A program made the position numbers and the translations under genes. A stretch of 64,000 nt of DNA, from NCBI GenBank assembly GCA_964106915.2, contig OZ066919.1. One strand, written 5' to 3'. Under the pieces are notes generated by a model. It was not told the DNA's origin. It made no database searches and worked only from the letters and a program-made list of their open reading frames with translations. Numbering within the stretch: the stretch's first letter is position 1; each line of letters opens with the position of its first letter. Source of the stretch: Podarcis gaigeae. Its lineage: Eukaryota. This document shows positions 1-13,000 of the stretch, one piece after another.

Positions 1-401
1 AAACTACGTGGCATGATGGGGGGAAGGTTTTAAGGAAAACTGATTCTTTTGTCCCTCATTCAATAATAGATGACCTCTGTTTTGAACTATTGTGTGTTCT
101 GAATCTTTGGGAAACTGTGCAGGTGTTTGCTGTGTATTGAATAAATGCATGTGTATGCAATGATGTAACTTAAGGGGTTGGATTCACCTCACCAGTTGAA
201 ACCCTGTACTATGGGGCTTCCCCTCTCTCCTTCATGTGCCTCCTGAAATTCGCTCAGGGGTTGAAGAGAACCCCCCCAAGTACAGCACGGGGGTGGGGAG
301 ATGATTCCGTCTGGAAAGCTGATAATCTTGTGCATACAGAATATTTGTAATAGTGCAACATTGATTTCCACCCAAGCCTTTTCTTTTTTGTATGTTTGCA
401 G

Positions 402-523
402 AATTGATAGAGAGTGCAATGTACCTATATCGTGCTACCCAAGATCCCACCCTTTTGGAACTGGGCAGAGATGTTGTAGAGTCAATAGAAAAAATCAGCA
501 AGGTTGAGTGTGGCTTTGCAACA
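402..523 (+). CDS. EDEM2: EDEM2 penultimate coding exon (GH47 mannosidase-like)
   Basis: AG acceptor 400-401; encodes (E)[40 protein letters not shown]; GT donor at 524 (gttaag); in phase with next exon. Confidence 0.9.
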
Positions 524-832
524 GTTAAGTATTTCTCCTGAACTCTCTTCCCCTGCCCCTTCCTTTTTAGTAATGGGCTAGAGTGTCCCTCTCAAGCATC
601 CTTTTCTCACTAACAAAAGTTAACCTAACAGAATGTGTCATCTTGGTTGGTGTTTGTGTGTTTTATTCTGTGGCACAAATATGGCACTGATTCTAAGTTC
701 TGCTTATTTCAACCATAGTCTTGAACTCCTGATTTGTGCCACTGTATATTTCTACAGGATGTTGCTGAAACAATTGTACGACAGATTCTGGCATATGTAG
801 TGTAACCACTTTTCCCTCCATTTATTTTAAAG

Positions 833-1333
833 ATCAAAGACCTGCGAGATCACAAACTAGATAACCGCATGGAGTCCTTCTTCCTGGCTGAAACAGTGAA
901 ATATTTGTATCTACTGTTTGATCCTGACAACTTTATCCATAACAATGGGTCATCCTTTGACGTTGTACTGACACCCTATGGAGAATGTGTTCTTGGTGCT
1001 GGTGGATACATCTTCAATACTGAAGCTCACCCTATAGACCCTGCTGCACTGCACTGTTGCAGGAAACAAAAGGAAGAGCAGTGGGAGGTAGAAGATCTAG
1101 TGAGAGAGTTCTATTCTCTGAAAAGAAGCAAGAAGTTCACTTTGACAAGAACTTCTGGTGGAAGAGAAGCAGAGAGGCACAAAGACTCTGCAGATACTTC
1201 TTCAGAAGGCCGCAAAGAGCAAATGAACACTAAACAGAAAGAGAAAAGGAAAATCCCACTCCTGAGCTGCCCTAGTCAACCCTTTAACTCCAAACTGGCT
1301 GTTCTAGGGCAGGTCTTCTTAGACAATACTTGA
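833..1333 (+). CDS. EDEM2: EDEM2 last coding exon
   Basis: AG 831-832; [31 protein letters not shown]...FNTEAHP (GH47 motifs)...LGQVFLDNT*; AATAAA at 1366-1371 and further downstream. Confidence 0.95.
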   Translation: MKDLRDHKLDNRMESFFLAETVKYLYLLFDPDNFIHNNGSSFDVVLTPYGECVLGAGGYIFNTEAHPIDPAALHCCRKQKEEQWEVEDLVREFYSLKRSKKFTLTRTSGGREAERHKDSADTSSEGRKEQMNTKQKEKRKIPLLSCPSQPFNSKLAVLGQVFLDNT

Positions 1334-3189
1334 TTCCTTTGCTCTGATTCAGAGTTGTTGAGTTCAATAAATATGTATTTTATTTGCACTTTTCTGTTGC
1401 TGTTTCCTTAGAGGGATATCTATCCTTAGGGGCATATCTTCAAACAGGAGTAAATTGTGTTTTGGCATACATCCACTTTGGAAAGCAGAAGTATTTTGAG
1501 AACAACAAAAAGCAATTGTATTACACTTAGTATAGCTTTAGTTCCCAGATTGTGCCAGCCCCCTGCACGCCTTGTTTGTTAATTTTTCTCTATCTCTCTT
1601 TCATAGAGTTTTTCATACTCTTTAACGACAGGCAGCAAGGCAAGTTTGATCTGATATTAAATAGTCATGTTGACCTCGTGCAGTAAGTTTTTGCAAGCAA
1701 GTTTTTGAACTGCATAATCTTTAGGCAAATGTGTTTAGAAGACAAAAATAGGTTAAATGCCCAGGTTGTGGGTATCTGGATGCAACACCATTATCTTGGT
1801 AAGACTCGTCAAGTAATGTGCAACTTAAACAGCTGCACCTAAATAAGGTGTAGTTTGAAAACTTGCCACACACTGTTCCAATAAAATGTTGTCTTGATGT
1901 GTAGTCAACAATATATTTGTTCACAGCATGGTGACAGGGAGGATCTTGCAGATACGGTGTTCTGTGGTAGCTCTGTCATCCAAAATAATCTGCAAGATGG
2001 AGATAACATACAGTACTAACCTACTGAGTTGCCATAAAGATTGCTGAGATAATTATGCTGAGTGCTATTAATTCTGACATCCTGTATACACGTTAAGTTC
2101 ATAGCTGTGAGAATAGATGGATTCACACATTTCTATCATGGACATTAAAGAGGAGTGATTATTTGTAGTCTTGGGGCTTTCCAGCTGGGACACGATGGTG
2201 GCTTCTGATTTGTATGTGATTGTTCTGGCAGACATCTATCTTACTCTATAGTTGGGAATACTTTTTGTAGAAAGCAGGGGGGTTTTTAAGGGGATTTAAA
2301 GGTATATAATGCAGCTTCCATTTTAAGATGCATTGCTTTTCTTTGTTTAGAGAGAAGCAAACCATGAGTGTTGGCTTGCAAGTAACAAGAAGTCAACCTT
2401 TGTTCTCCAATGTGGCAACAGCAAAACTGAAAAATAAATGAAGCAAGCAAAAAGAAAAGGGGAAGAAACCTCTTGCAGGCAGAGACTTGTGTTTCTATTT
2501 TTATATGGGGTACTTTTTATAAATAATAAATGGCAATAAGTGAGCTAGTAGGAAGGCTGTAAATCCTGGAACACGTAGAGATGGGACTGGTATAAGTTCC
2601 ATGTTGGCAATTTCTAGGATTTCTGCCAGATTCTAAACAAGACAGTTTGTCTGAAAGAAGCAGAAAAGCTCCCATTTTGTGATTATGGGTCAGCATAATT
2701 GCATAGAAGCGACTTGCATTTACTTTTTCTTTCTGCTTATATATTCTCATGTCCCATTTAAGGACAAAATCCTGTGATTTCACCTCGGCCAACCTCCCAG
2801 CTTCGTTTTACTATTTACCCTGTTGAACTTATGGAGAGGAACTTGAAAGCTTGTACGCTACTTTGTTCCAAGTTGGTTGGCCTGATTAAGGTATTGTGCT
2901 ACTATGGATTATAGAATCTTTCTTGTGGGCCGATATAGCGTCCCTAAACTTTTGTGTTCACAGGGTTGCTTAGAAAATGCACGTGAAGTGCTTCACATAT
3001 TCTAACATGCAGTGGTAATATAATGATTACTAATTATTAGTAGTAATACTGTAATTATTACCTTATTATATTATATATGCACATAATATGCTGATGCCGA
3101 TTACAAAAAACGAGTTGTTAGTAATATTTCGTACACAACTATGGCTTAATTGAAGAAAGGCTTTACATGTAGCTATCTAACAAAGCAAA

Positions 3190-4000
3190 AGGGGCGGGGC
3201 ATTTAAAAAGAACCTCACGTGCCTTTGTGTCTGCGGAAAGCGTCGCACAAAATACCGGAAGTCCTGGCTTTGACTGAAGGTAGAAGGAGATGACAGCTTC
3301 TCTCCGCTCCTTACGCGCTTCCCTCACCCGCATCCCTTTCTTTGAGTAAAGCTGCTCGCAATAATTTACGGCCAAAGACTACGTTTCCCATCAGCCCCTG
3401 GGGAATGAGGGTGGGAACGGGAAGAGGCTGGCGCGTACTCCTCTCCCCACCAATCAGGAAGCGGCTGGCTGTGCGCGCGCGGCCGGGCCGGCTGGGGTCG
3501 CTGCGGAGCAGCCCGGGAGACGTTCCGTTCAAAGCGCCTGAGAGGAGGGGCGCTTCCTGTTTAGCCAGAGGCAGGAGCGGCTATGGCGGCGTCGGCGGCG
3601 AAAGGAGCAGGAGCGGCGCCCCCGCTCGCGGCAGCGGGCCCGGATCCCGGAGCGCCAGGGCGGAAGGGAGCCTGCAGAAGGCCGGCCAACATCCTGGCCC
3701 AGCTCCGGCAGGCGCAGCTGAGTGGCCGGGGCCTGTCGCGGGGGCCGCAGGTACCGCGGGGCTGAGGCGGGCTTTGTGGGAAGGCCGAGGCTGAGGCGAC
3801 GCCGACACGCCACCTCCCTCAGAAGAGGCTCCGCTCGGCTCTCGGGAGACGGGGCGCTGGCGGCGGGAGGGACGAGGCGGGGAGCGAGGCCGCGGCCGAG
3901 CCACGTCCCATTCTAGCCTTGCCTTTTGCACCTCGCTCTGGGGTGGGAAGTGGGGGGCGGTTTTCGCCCCTGTCCCTCCCTCGCGTGTGATGCCGCCCCT
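3190..4000 (+). promoter_or_regulatory. CpG-island promoter of TRPC4AP
   Basis: Very GC/CpG-rich; GC box GGGGCGGGG 3191-3199, E-box CACGTG 3216-3221, ETS ACCGGAAGT 3254-3262, ZNF143-like ACTACGTTTCCCATCAGCCCCTGGG 3378-3402, CCAAT 3450-3454, upstream of ATG 3583. Confidence 0.85.
3583..3750 (+). CDS. TRPC4AP: TRPC4AP exon 1
   Basis: MAASAAKG...[24 protein letters not shown]; donor gtaccg. Confidence 0.9.
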
Positions 4001-7000
4001 TTGTCTCTCCCCACCCCCATACCCGCATCCAGGAGGCGGCCCTTCTGGGTACCCGTTGAGGCGAGCTCGGGCAATTTTATCCCATCTCCCCCACCCTCGG
4101 AAATATGGGAGTCTGCCGCTCGTCTTTCTGGGCTCCCTGGGAATCCTGGAGTTGCTGCTGCGAGGCCTGCTTGGCTTCCTGATCTTCAACTCTCAACGGC
4201 TTTTCCGTTAATAAGGCCATTGCCTCTTTGGCATTTGGTGAAATCCGGCACCTTTCCCCCAGTAGCATGCAGTCTTCGATGGAAAGGTGTCGTCTTGCCT
4301 TGCTCGCCAAAGTGTTTTGCGCGCGCACGGGCGTCTTGCACAGCCCCATGGCAAGGTATGACTCCCAAGCAGGAGTCAGTTGGCAGAATGTAAGAGCACC
4401 GTGTCAACTCAGCACTCGCTGAGTCAACGTGTGGCAATTTTGCTGTGTTCCGAGAGGCAGTCTTAAAAGTGTGATCTTTATGTAGCAGACACAAAGTCTG
4501 GCAGTTGAATTTATCACCTACTTTCCTCCATAACAGCTGCCACGTTTAGGAGCATTAGGAAATAATAGTGTCCAAGGACACATATCAAATACGTTTTATT
4601 TATTTAGTAGAACTTAAGCATTGCAGGGGGAAAACGACATATGATGTTAATACCATAAAAACCTGAAGTACCAACATTGCAAATCTACAATGTTGATTAT
4701 CGATACTGAGCTGTGAAACCCTAATTAAATCATAATTACCTGAATAAGTAAGACTAAAATTGGGCATCAGGCAAAGGTGATGTTGGCCTCTGAAATGGAA
4801 GAATGGGAGATGCTCAAAGGAATGGATATTTATACCCATTTTTTTCCTTTGAGAGAGATAATTTTTTCTAATCTTTTTCATTTATTTGAAGATTACAGTC
4901 CACAAAATACCCAACTTCAATAAAGGTCTATATTTTTGCTTTTATAAGTCTGTTGTTGATGATGATGTTCTCCCTCTTTTCTTTTTCCCCTGTATCCCTT
5001 TATTTCTTTTAACTGAAATCAGTGGCGTAGTGTGGGTTGTCAGCACCTGGGGCAAGGCAAGTAATTTGCGCCCCCTAACCCGTGGATTTGCGCCCCCTAA
5101 CCCTACCCCCCAGATGGTGCGGCCGGCCCCCCCTGCACCCCCCACGCTACGCCACTGACTGAAATCACCTGCATAAAACATACAGTGGTGCCTCGCAAGA
5201 CGAAATTAATTCGTTCCGCAAGTTTTTTCATCTTGCGAGTTTTTCGTCTTGCGAAGCATGGTTTCCCATAGGAATGCATTGAAAATCAATCAATGTGTTC
5301 CTATGGAAACCGCCTTCAGACCAGGTCCGGGGACAGTCTGTCCCCCGACCTCTTCTGAAGGCTGGGGGGGGGGGACGAGGGCTTTTCTTCCCACCCCCAG
5401 CATTTTAAAAAACCCCGGGACACCAGAGGACTTCTCCGCTGTCCCGGGGTTTTTTAAAATGCTGGCGGGCGGCAGCGCTTCCCTGCTATCCCGAACCGCT
5501 TTTAAAATGCTGGCGGTGGGGAGCAAAGCCTTTCGGCCCCCGCCGGCCTTCCTGGACCTCTTCTGAAGGCCGGAGGAGGGGGAAAGGCTTTGCTCCCCAC
5601 CGCCAGCATTTAAAAGAGGTCCCCGGAGATTTCCCTATGGGCTTTCTTCTTGCGAAGCAAGCCCATAGGGAAATTCGTCTTGCGAAGCAACTCGCAAACA
5701 GAAAACCCTTTCGTCTTGCGGGTTTTTCGTCTTGCGAGGCATTCGTCTTGCGGGGCACCACTGTATGTATTAAATTTTGAAAATGAAAGGATTCAATAAA
5801 TCATGTCCTCAAAATACATTCATTTCAGCTTTGGCAGTGGTTTTGATCAAACATAATTTACTGTCATCAAAGCATAATAATTTTAGTAGCATCTAAAACA
5901 ACTACATCAAATACAAACAATTGCTATTTTAAAAAAGTAACTGGATAAGAATTACATGCACATTATTAAAACCTAAATTTTACAGGGATGTGTTTGACTC
6001 ATATTGGAGCGTACTAAAATTATCAATGTTAAAAATAGCATTTGCTGTGAACACAGCTTGCTTAACCAATACATAAAGGTGGATTAATTAAGTCAGGCCA
6101 ATCAAGGGTTTTTTTTTATAATGGGAGACATAATGGTATCGGTTCAAGATAGGGAATGGGAAATAGTGATCTACCATTCTGGTATGCAAGTCTGTCCTGT
6201 CTCTGAAAGGTGTTACATAAATAGAAAGATGCCTTATATTCCCATTTCTGTAAGTTTAGTTGGATTGCATTGGTATAAGGAAAATCAGCCATATGGACTA
6301 TTGCAGTGTCCTGGAACCAGCCAAAATGAAAATATTTGACACAAATATATGTGAAGTTTTTTGAAGAAATATTCTTTTGTATGTGATACCTCACAATATA
6401 AGTTAATGTTGCAATCCAGCACTGAGCTGGGTACACCGAAGCCTGCTGTTTTCAGTGATTTAAAGGAGTTTTAACACTGTTGGATTATGATCAAAATGCA
6501 CAATGTAAATGTTAAAAATTATATTCCTTCCTTTGAGGCAAGTTTCTAGCTGCCTAAAGTGATTCTTTTCTAACTTGAAAATAGAATTTACTTACCAGGA
6601 TAACCTAACTTGCTCAGTTCTTTTTTTGTCCTTCAGTGAAATTTGTTGTGCCTATCCTACTTACCTGAGTCATTTCCTTTAGTCATTTCCCCTAAATACT
6701 AGAAGAGTTCTGGTTTGATGACTAGTGGAAAAGGTGACATTGATCTTGTAAACTCCTAGTTGGGTTTCTTTGATGAGTTTTGAACCTTTAAATCTGTGCT
6801 GTTTTGCTTGTATATATTTCATGCTTGATCAGCATTCCTTTCTCTTTTGGCACAATAAACTAAATTATATGGAAATTTACATCCAGAATTTTTAAAAACT
6901 CTTCTCTGAAAATGGTGGAGCCAGAAGCTTTGTTAAGTGTGAATGCTGAATTTAAAATACTGTTTTGTTCTGCTCACAGGGACTTCTTAAAATAGAAGTC

Positions 7001-10000
7001 CCTGTGAGTTGGAGGGCGGGGAAGCTGCAATGGCCCAAAGTTACCTATCTCTACTGCAACACTTTAGCATGGAGTTGCTAGTCAAAACTTTTTGTGTAGA
7101 AGGTTCTTGTCACTGCTTTGTTGCAAGATTGGGAATGAAAAGAGAATTTGAAGCATTGATTCTTTTCCACGGTAATGGAATCTGCATTTCAATAGCATTT
7201 TCATGGGGAGGTGAGAATTCATCACTGTCATGCACATTGCATTTTCTGCATGGGCATCATCACTACTGCACATTACAATCACACACATCTTTTCTGGTGC
7301 AAGTGTTCACAGTACAGAAACTGTGGTTTTCCAGCTCAGGTATGCATAACTAAAGATACTTGTAAATCTAGTTTGTTTTTCTTATAGTGAAAGTTATATC
7401 TGTGAAGAAAAATCATAATGTGAGGAGTCCTTCTATCTTAAAAGAGCTGTGGTGTTAATCCTATCTAGAACCTGACAAAACTGATGGCACACATAAGCTG
7501 CTCACTTGGCCAACATCTAAATGATGTCTGTCTGTTTGCACAATGGGATTTCTCATTTCTCTTCTCTCCCCCTAAAATCTGCTGAATGGTCCCTGAATTC
7601 CCCCAGAGCAGATTTGGGGGTTGTGTTTTGGGGGCCCATGGGGAGGAAATGAAGCGAAAGCCCCATTGTGTAAGCAGGCACCTACTTCCGCTAAATTAGA
7701 TCTCACATCTTGACAAGCAACCCTACTTAGAAAATTTATTTTAACCCTTCAGTGGTTATTGAAAATCTAGAGTATTTTTAGTGTGATAAGGCTTCCTAAT
7801 TTTGATAAAATAAGGTAAGGAAGATGACGATAAACACACTTGTGAAGAACTAGAGTAAGTTATATTTTGGATATTGAAAGTGCAGGATAATTTACAAAAT
7901 ATTAGTTTATGAGTCTAAAGATAATACAGAATGAAACGACAGTATCCCATCAGTGCAAGGATTGATCCTTGCACGGCTGGACTTTCCTGATACACACTCT
8001 CCAAATCTGCTCTGTAAGGTTGAGGAAACCCTCTGGAATTGGTTTAGGGCAGGGGTCTGCAACCTTTAAGACAAAAAGAGCCACTTGGACCCGTTTCCAA
8101 AAAAACAACAACAACTGGGAGCCGCAAAAACATTGCAACATTTAAAACAAATATAACATTGTATATATTGTTTCTTGCCTTAATGCTGTATATACAGGAT
8201 CGTGCAGTCAGCTGTCAATCTCAAGAAAAAAGGACAAATAGCTAATTAAAATATTTAATTTACAACCAGGTAACCAGGTTAATGGGACTTTTGCTCCTGA
8301 ACCTCAGTGCTCAGTGTCTGCACATCAGGGCTGTAAGACGTCACCTTCATTTTCACACAGGCTTGCAAGCTGTCATCTGTGAGGCGTGATCGGTGTTTGT
8401 TTTTAATATAGTTCATGTTGGAGAAGACCTGCTCACATACATATGTGGAACCGAAGATCGACAGGACTCCATCGAGTCCAACCCCCTGCCAAGCAGGAAA
8501 CACCATCAGAGCACTCCTGAGATATGGTTGTCAAGCCTCTGCTTAAAGACCTCCAAAGAAGGAGACTCCACCACACTCCTTGGCAGCAATTCACCAAACT
8601 TTCACCAAACTTTCCCCTGCTTAAGTTTAAAAAGGGGCTTCAAGCAACTAAAAAGGGGCTTCAGGCAACTAACTCCACGTGGAATTCCACGCGACCGCGA
8701 CTTGCTATGCCCAATAATCAATGCCACAAAATGCCACAGAAAATTAACCAGGGCCCCAGTAAACCATAAATCATAATCAGTGCCTGATGCAAATAATAAT
8801 TAATAATGAGGGCCCAATGTCATCCTCGTCATTATAAAAATAATCCCTCTCTTCGCGCCGCCCAGCCTCCCAAGAAAAAACCCCCACCTCAAACAGTCAC
8901 AAAGCACAAATTCCACGCGACCGCAACTTGCTATGCCCAATAATCAATGCCCCAAAATGCCATAGAAAATTAATCAGGGCCCCAGTGTACCATAAATCAT
9001 AATCAGTGTCTGATGTAAATAATAATTAATAATGAGGCATTCGTCATTATAAAAATACCTTTTTATTATTCATTTGTTTGACCCCTCAGAATTACTCCTC
9101 CTCATAGAAATAAAATTAACAAGTTACCTTTTTTTGAGTGTGTGTTCTTCACTCCCCTTCAAAACAGTGACCAGTGTATACGGCCCCTTTCAATGCAGCC
9201 TGCTTTCCCCAAGGAAAGAACAATTCACCAAACTTCCCCCTGCTTAAGTTTAAAAAGGGGCTTCAGGCAACTAACTCCTCCGCCTCCTCGCCTCGCCTCC
9301 TCCCCTCGCCTCCACTCCTCGCCTCCTCCCCTCGCCTCCACCCCTCGCCTCCTCCCCTCCCCTCCTCCCCTCCCCTCCTCCCCTCCCCTCCTCCCCTCCC
9401 CTCGCCTCCACTCCTCGCCTCCTCCCCTCGCCTCCTCCCCTCGCCTCCTCCCCTCGCCGCCTCCACTCCTCGCCTCCACTCCTCGCCTCCGCCCCTCGCC
9501 TCCTCCCCTCCCCTTGCCTCCACTCCTCGCCTCCTCCCCTCCCCTCGCCTCGCCCCTCGCCTCCTCCCCTCGCCTCCACTCCTCGCCTCCTCCCCTCCCC
9601 TCGCCTCCTCCCCTCGCCTCCTCCCCTCCCCTCGCCTCCACTCCTCGCCCCCTCCCCTCGCCCCCTCCCCTCGCCTCCGCCCCTCGCCTCCTCCCCTCGC
9701 CTCCGCTCCTCGCCTCCTCCCCTCGCCTCCACTCCTCGCCTCCTCCCCTCGCCTCCTCCCCTCCCCTCGCCTCCACTCCTCGCCTCCTCCCCTCGCCTCC
9801 TCCCCTCCCCTCGCCTCCACCCCTCGCCTCCGCCCCTCGCCTCCTCCCCTCGCCTCCGCTCCTCGCCTCCGCCCCTCGCCTCCACTCCTCGCCTCCTCCC
9901 CTCGCCTCCTCCCCTCGCCTCCTCCCCTCCCCTCGCCTCCACTCCTCGCCTCCTCCCCTCCCCTCGCCTCCACTCCTCGCCTCCTCCCCTCGCCTCCTCC

Positions 10001-13000
10001 CCTCCCCTCGCCTCCACCCCTCGCCTCCGCCCCTCGCCTCCGCCCCTCGCCTCCTCCCCTCGCCTCCGCTCCTCGCCTCCGCCCCTCGCCTCCTCCCCTC
10101 GCCTCCTCCCCTCGCCTCCTCCCCTCCCCTCGCCTCCACTCCTCGCCTCCTCCCCTCCCCTCGCCTCCACTCCTCGCCTCCTCCCCTCGCCTCCTCCCCT
10201 CCCCTCGCCTCCGCCCCTCGCCTCCGCCCCTCGCCTCCTCCCCTCGCCTCCGCCCCTCGCCTCCGCCCCTCGCCTCCACTCCTCGCCTCCTCCCCTCGCC
10301 TCCTCCCCTCGCCTCCTCCCCTCCCCTCGCCTCCACTCCTCGCCTCCTCCCCTCGCCTCCGCCCCTCGCTTCCTCCCCTCGCCTCCGCCCCTCGCCTCCG
10401 CCCCTCGCCTCCACTCCTCGCCTCCTCCCCTCGCCTCCTCCCCTCGCCTCCTCCCCTCCCCTCGCCTCCACTCCTCGCCTCCTCCCCTCGCCTCCGCCCC
10501 TCGCTTCCTCCCCTCGCCTCCTCCCCTCGCCTCCTCCCCTCGCCTCCGCTCCTCGCCTCCTCCCATCGCCTCCTCCCCGGAGCCGCAGCAAAGGCTTTAA
10601 AGAGCCACATGCGGCTCTGGAGCCGCAGGTTGCCGACCCCCGGTTTAGGGGGAAAGGAGGGGGGACCTTCTGTTGCACAAGCAGAAATTATTGCACAGAT
10701 AGAATGTTCATATAGCACTATGTGGGATACAACCCTTTATTTACAGTACTATCAACATCTGTGAATTTATAATTTCTCTGTGCCAATGACAATTTAAAAA
10801 AACAACCCATTCTTTTCATTTTTATAAAGAAGATAATAATCTACGAAAGAAAAATATAGGTGGAAGATATAGCAGGGAAAGCAATCTAATTTTCTTTTTG
10901 TATTAGTATTTTTATTAGCAACAAACTAGTCAGCAGTTGCACATTGTTAACATACCTCACCATTATCACTACTCTGGCTGATAACTTTGCTTATTTCCTT
11001 TGCGATACTCGTATGTGAGAGCTGTGGGTATTATTAATATCGTATAGTTATAACAGAAAGCAGGGAATCTCTTGATCTACAGATTTGATATAGGTGGCCT
11101 TAAAAAAGATCACATTCAGAGCCTAGTTGTCAGTTTTAATACTATGGAAAATATTGCTGGTGGATTATTATTTTTTTAAAAAAATGTTTTGGAAATTCAG
11201 CACTAAACATTGGCCTACTAGAGAATGGTAAGAATTTTTAGGACTGTTCTTGAATGGGAAAAGCTTTAAGCAAAAGAAATGATGGGGTGGCTTGGTTTTT
11301 ACCACTGTTTACATTAGCTGACAATGTTAACCAGCTGACAAATGAGGAAAAGCTTAACTCACAATGATATCTGAAAACAATATTTCCCATTTTCCTTAGG
11401 GTAACCTTCAAAGGGAGCCTGGGAGATTATAAATCTGTCCTCCACCCCACCTCCAGCTGTAGTGGCAATGTCTGCTTCAGTTGACCAAGGTCAAACATTT
11501 TTAATGCTGATTTCAAAAATCATGTTTTAGCAGCTGTACATTGGCTTGACATGTTCATCAAGCTATCCACCACAAACTCAAGTCCTCTTTCCTATTCAGT
11601 TACCACCACCACCAATTCAGACTCCTTATGTGAAATTTAGAGAGAAAAGTGCCCCAGTTTGCATCAGTTTACTTTACATAGTGTTAAATTTGCCATTTTA
11701 CTGCTCATTCACCCAGTTTAGATAGATCCTTTCAAAGCTCTTCCTCATTTTTGTTTTAACTATCCAGATCATTTTGGTACCATCAACTCTAATTTATGAA
11801 CAAGTTAAAAAGCACAGGTCCCAATATCAGTCGTTGGGGAATTTGCAGAAATCTGCTTTGGCAAGTGTTAGGACAATTGGAACACACACCTATAAGTTTT
11901 TCTTATAAGTAAGATGCAGTGAACATATGTGGATTTAATACATTTAAAAAGTACAATTTTCAGTGAGTAAACCATACTAGTCCTGTTATGAGTATCAGAG
12001 TATTTGACTAAACATCACTGGCCCCATTCTTCAAAATGTTACAGTCTGCTTGGCACTAAAGATCTGTTGTAATTAAGGTCACACAGTGTTGCCTGTATCA
12101 GAATACAGAACCCTCTTTGTATCCAGATTTTCACGTGAATGACAACTGAATTTCCAAATCTCACTTACAATGAAAGAACTTATATTCTTGTAGAAGCATT
12201 GTTAACACCATTACCTGATATTTAGAATGCTTGCTGGAGAGATGGGGACAGTGTTTAATTTCTAAAGAAACATCCAGGGACTCAGACTTATACCATGAGT
12301 TTTATGGGCCCTTCTCAACAGAGTGGTGAGGAAGGGTGAGGAAACTTGCTTAGTGGAAAGGAAAGGACATACTGTGTGAGCTCAGGGACACTTTTAATGT
12401 ATTCTAGTGGGTCAGTAGAATTAACTGTTGGCTTCCAAGTTTGAAGGCAATTTGTTGCCTCTTCTATATCAAGAAAAAGAAGTTTCTGCATGATTGGGGA
12501 TGCCTGAACAGACCTAGTGTAATAGTGAATATCAGATACAGTGAGCTCACAATTTGGGTATAGTGACCAGTTTCCAAGACACAAGGTAGCATGATGTATG
12601 CTCTGGGGCAGTATAAAATATATCTGAGAAATGTGTCAGTCTCATCTTTATCTTGTATTGTAGCTCACAGAAGCTTTGTTAAAGGAAAGAGATAAACAAG
12701 CAAAGTGGAATGGAATTCCCTTGCTCTTACAGAAGCTGTATGAGAACAGTCATCCCAACAGTGATTTATCCCAGTGCCAAGGCATCTTAAAGGTAATGTT
12801 TCTTACTGGCAGACTGATGCATGGAGCAGAATCCATTCTCAGTTTCCTCTGATATTTTAAGTCAATTCATAAGCTATGTGTTAGTCACAGATTCTCTCAG
12901 TGGCCCCTCAAATGCATGTGCTCAGCTGTTTCCATCTTGTGCATAATTATATGGACTGCTATCAGAGCCCTCATTTGTTGTCTTCCTCCACTCCCAGCTA

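Larger units (their letters stand above)
8050..10642 (-). mobile_element. Non-autonomous composite hAT (Charlie-like) DNA transposon
   Basis: TIRs CAGGGGTCTGCAACCT / AGGTTGCCGACCCCCG; 8-bp TSD GTTTAGGG at 8042-8049 and 10643-10650; contains transposase C-terminal remnant. Confidence 0.88.

Noticed and set aside
524-529. Non-consensus EDEM2 donor GTTAAG / possible U12 intron
   Set aside because: Still GT-AG and phase-consistent; lacks the U12 GTATCCTT signature, as do all other donors I read
3311-4494. Numerous 60-200 aa ORFs on both strands around the CpG island
   Set aside because: High GC suppresses stop codons; only 3583-3750 matches a real exon with a donor site
8588-9278. Repeated blocks resembling a repeat-spacer (CRISPR-like) array
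   Set aside because: Only two copies of each block with irregular spacing, inside a hAT element in a vertebrate intron; no cas genes
9142-10764. Five overlapping 430-540 aa ORFs (Pro/Ser/Leu-rich and Gly/Arg/Glu-rich)
   Set aside because: Artefact of the C/T minisatellite, which lacks stop codons; intronic, inside a transposon, no domain content
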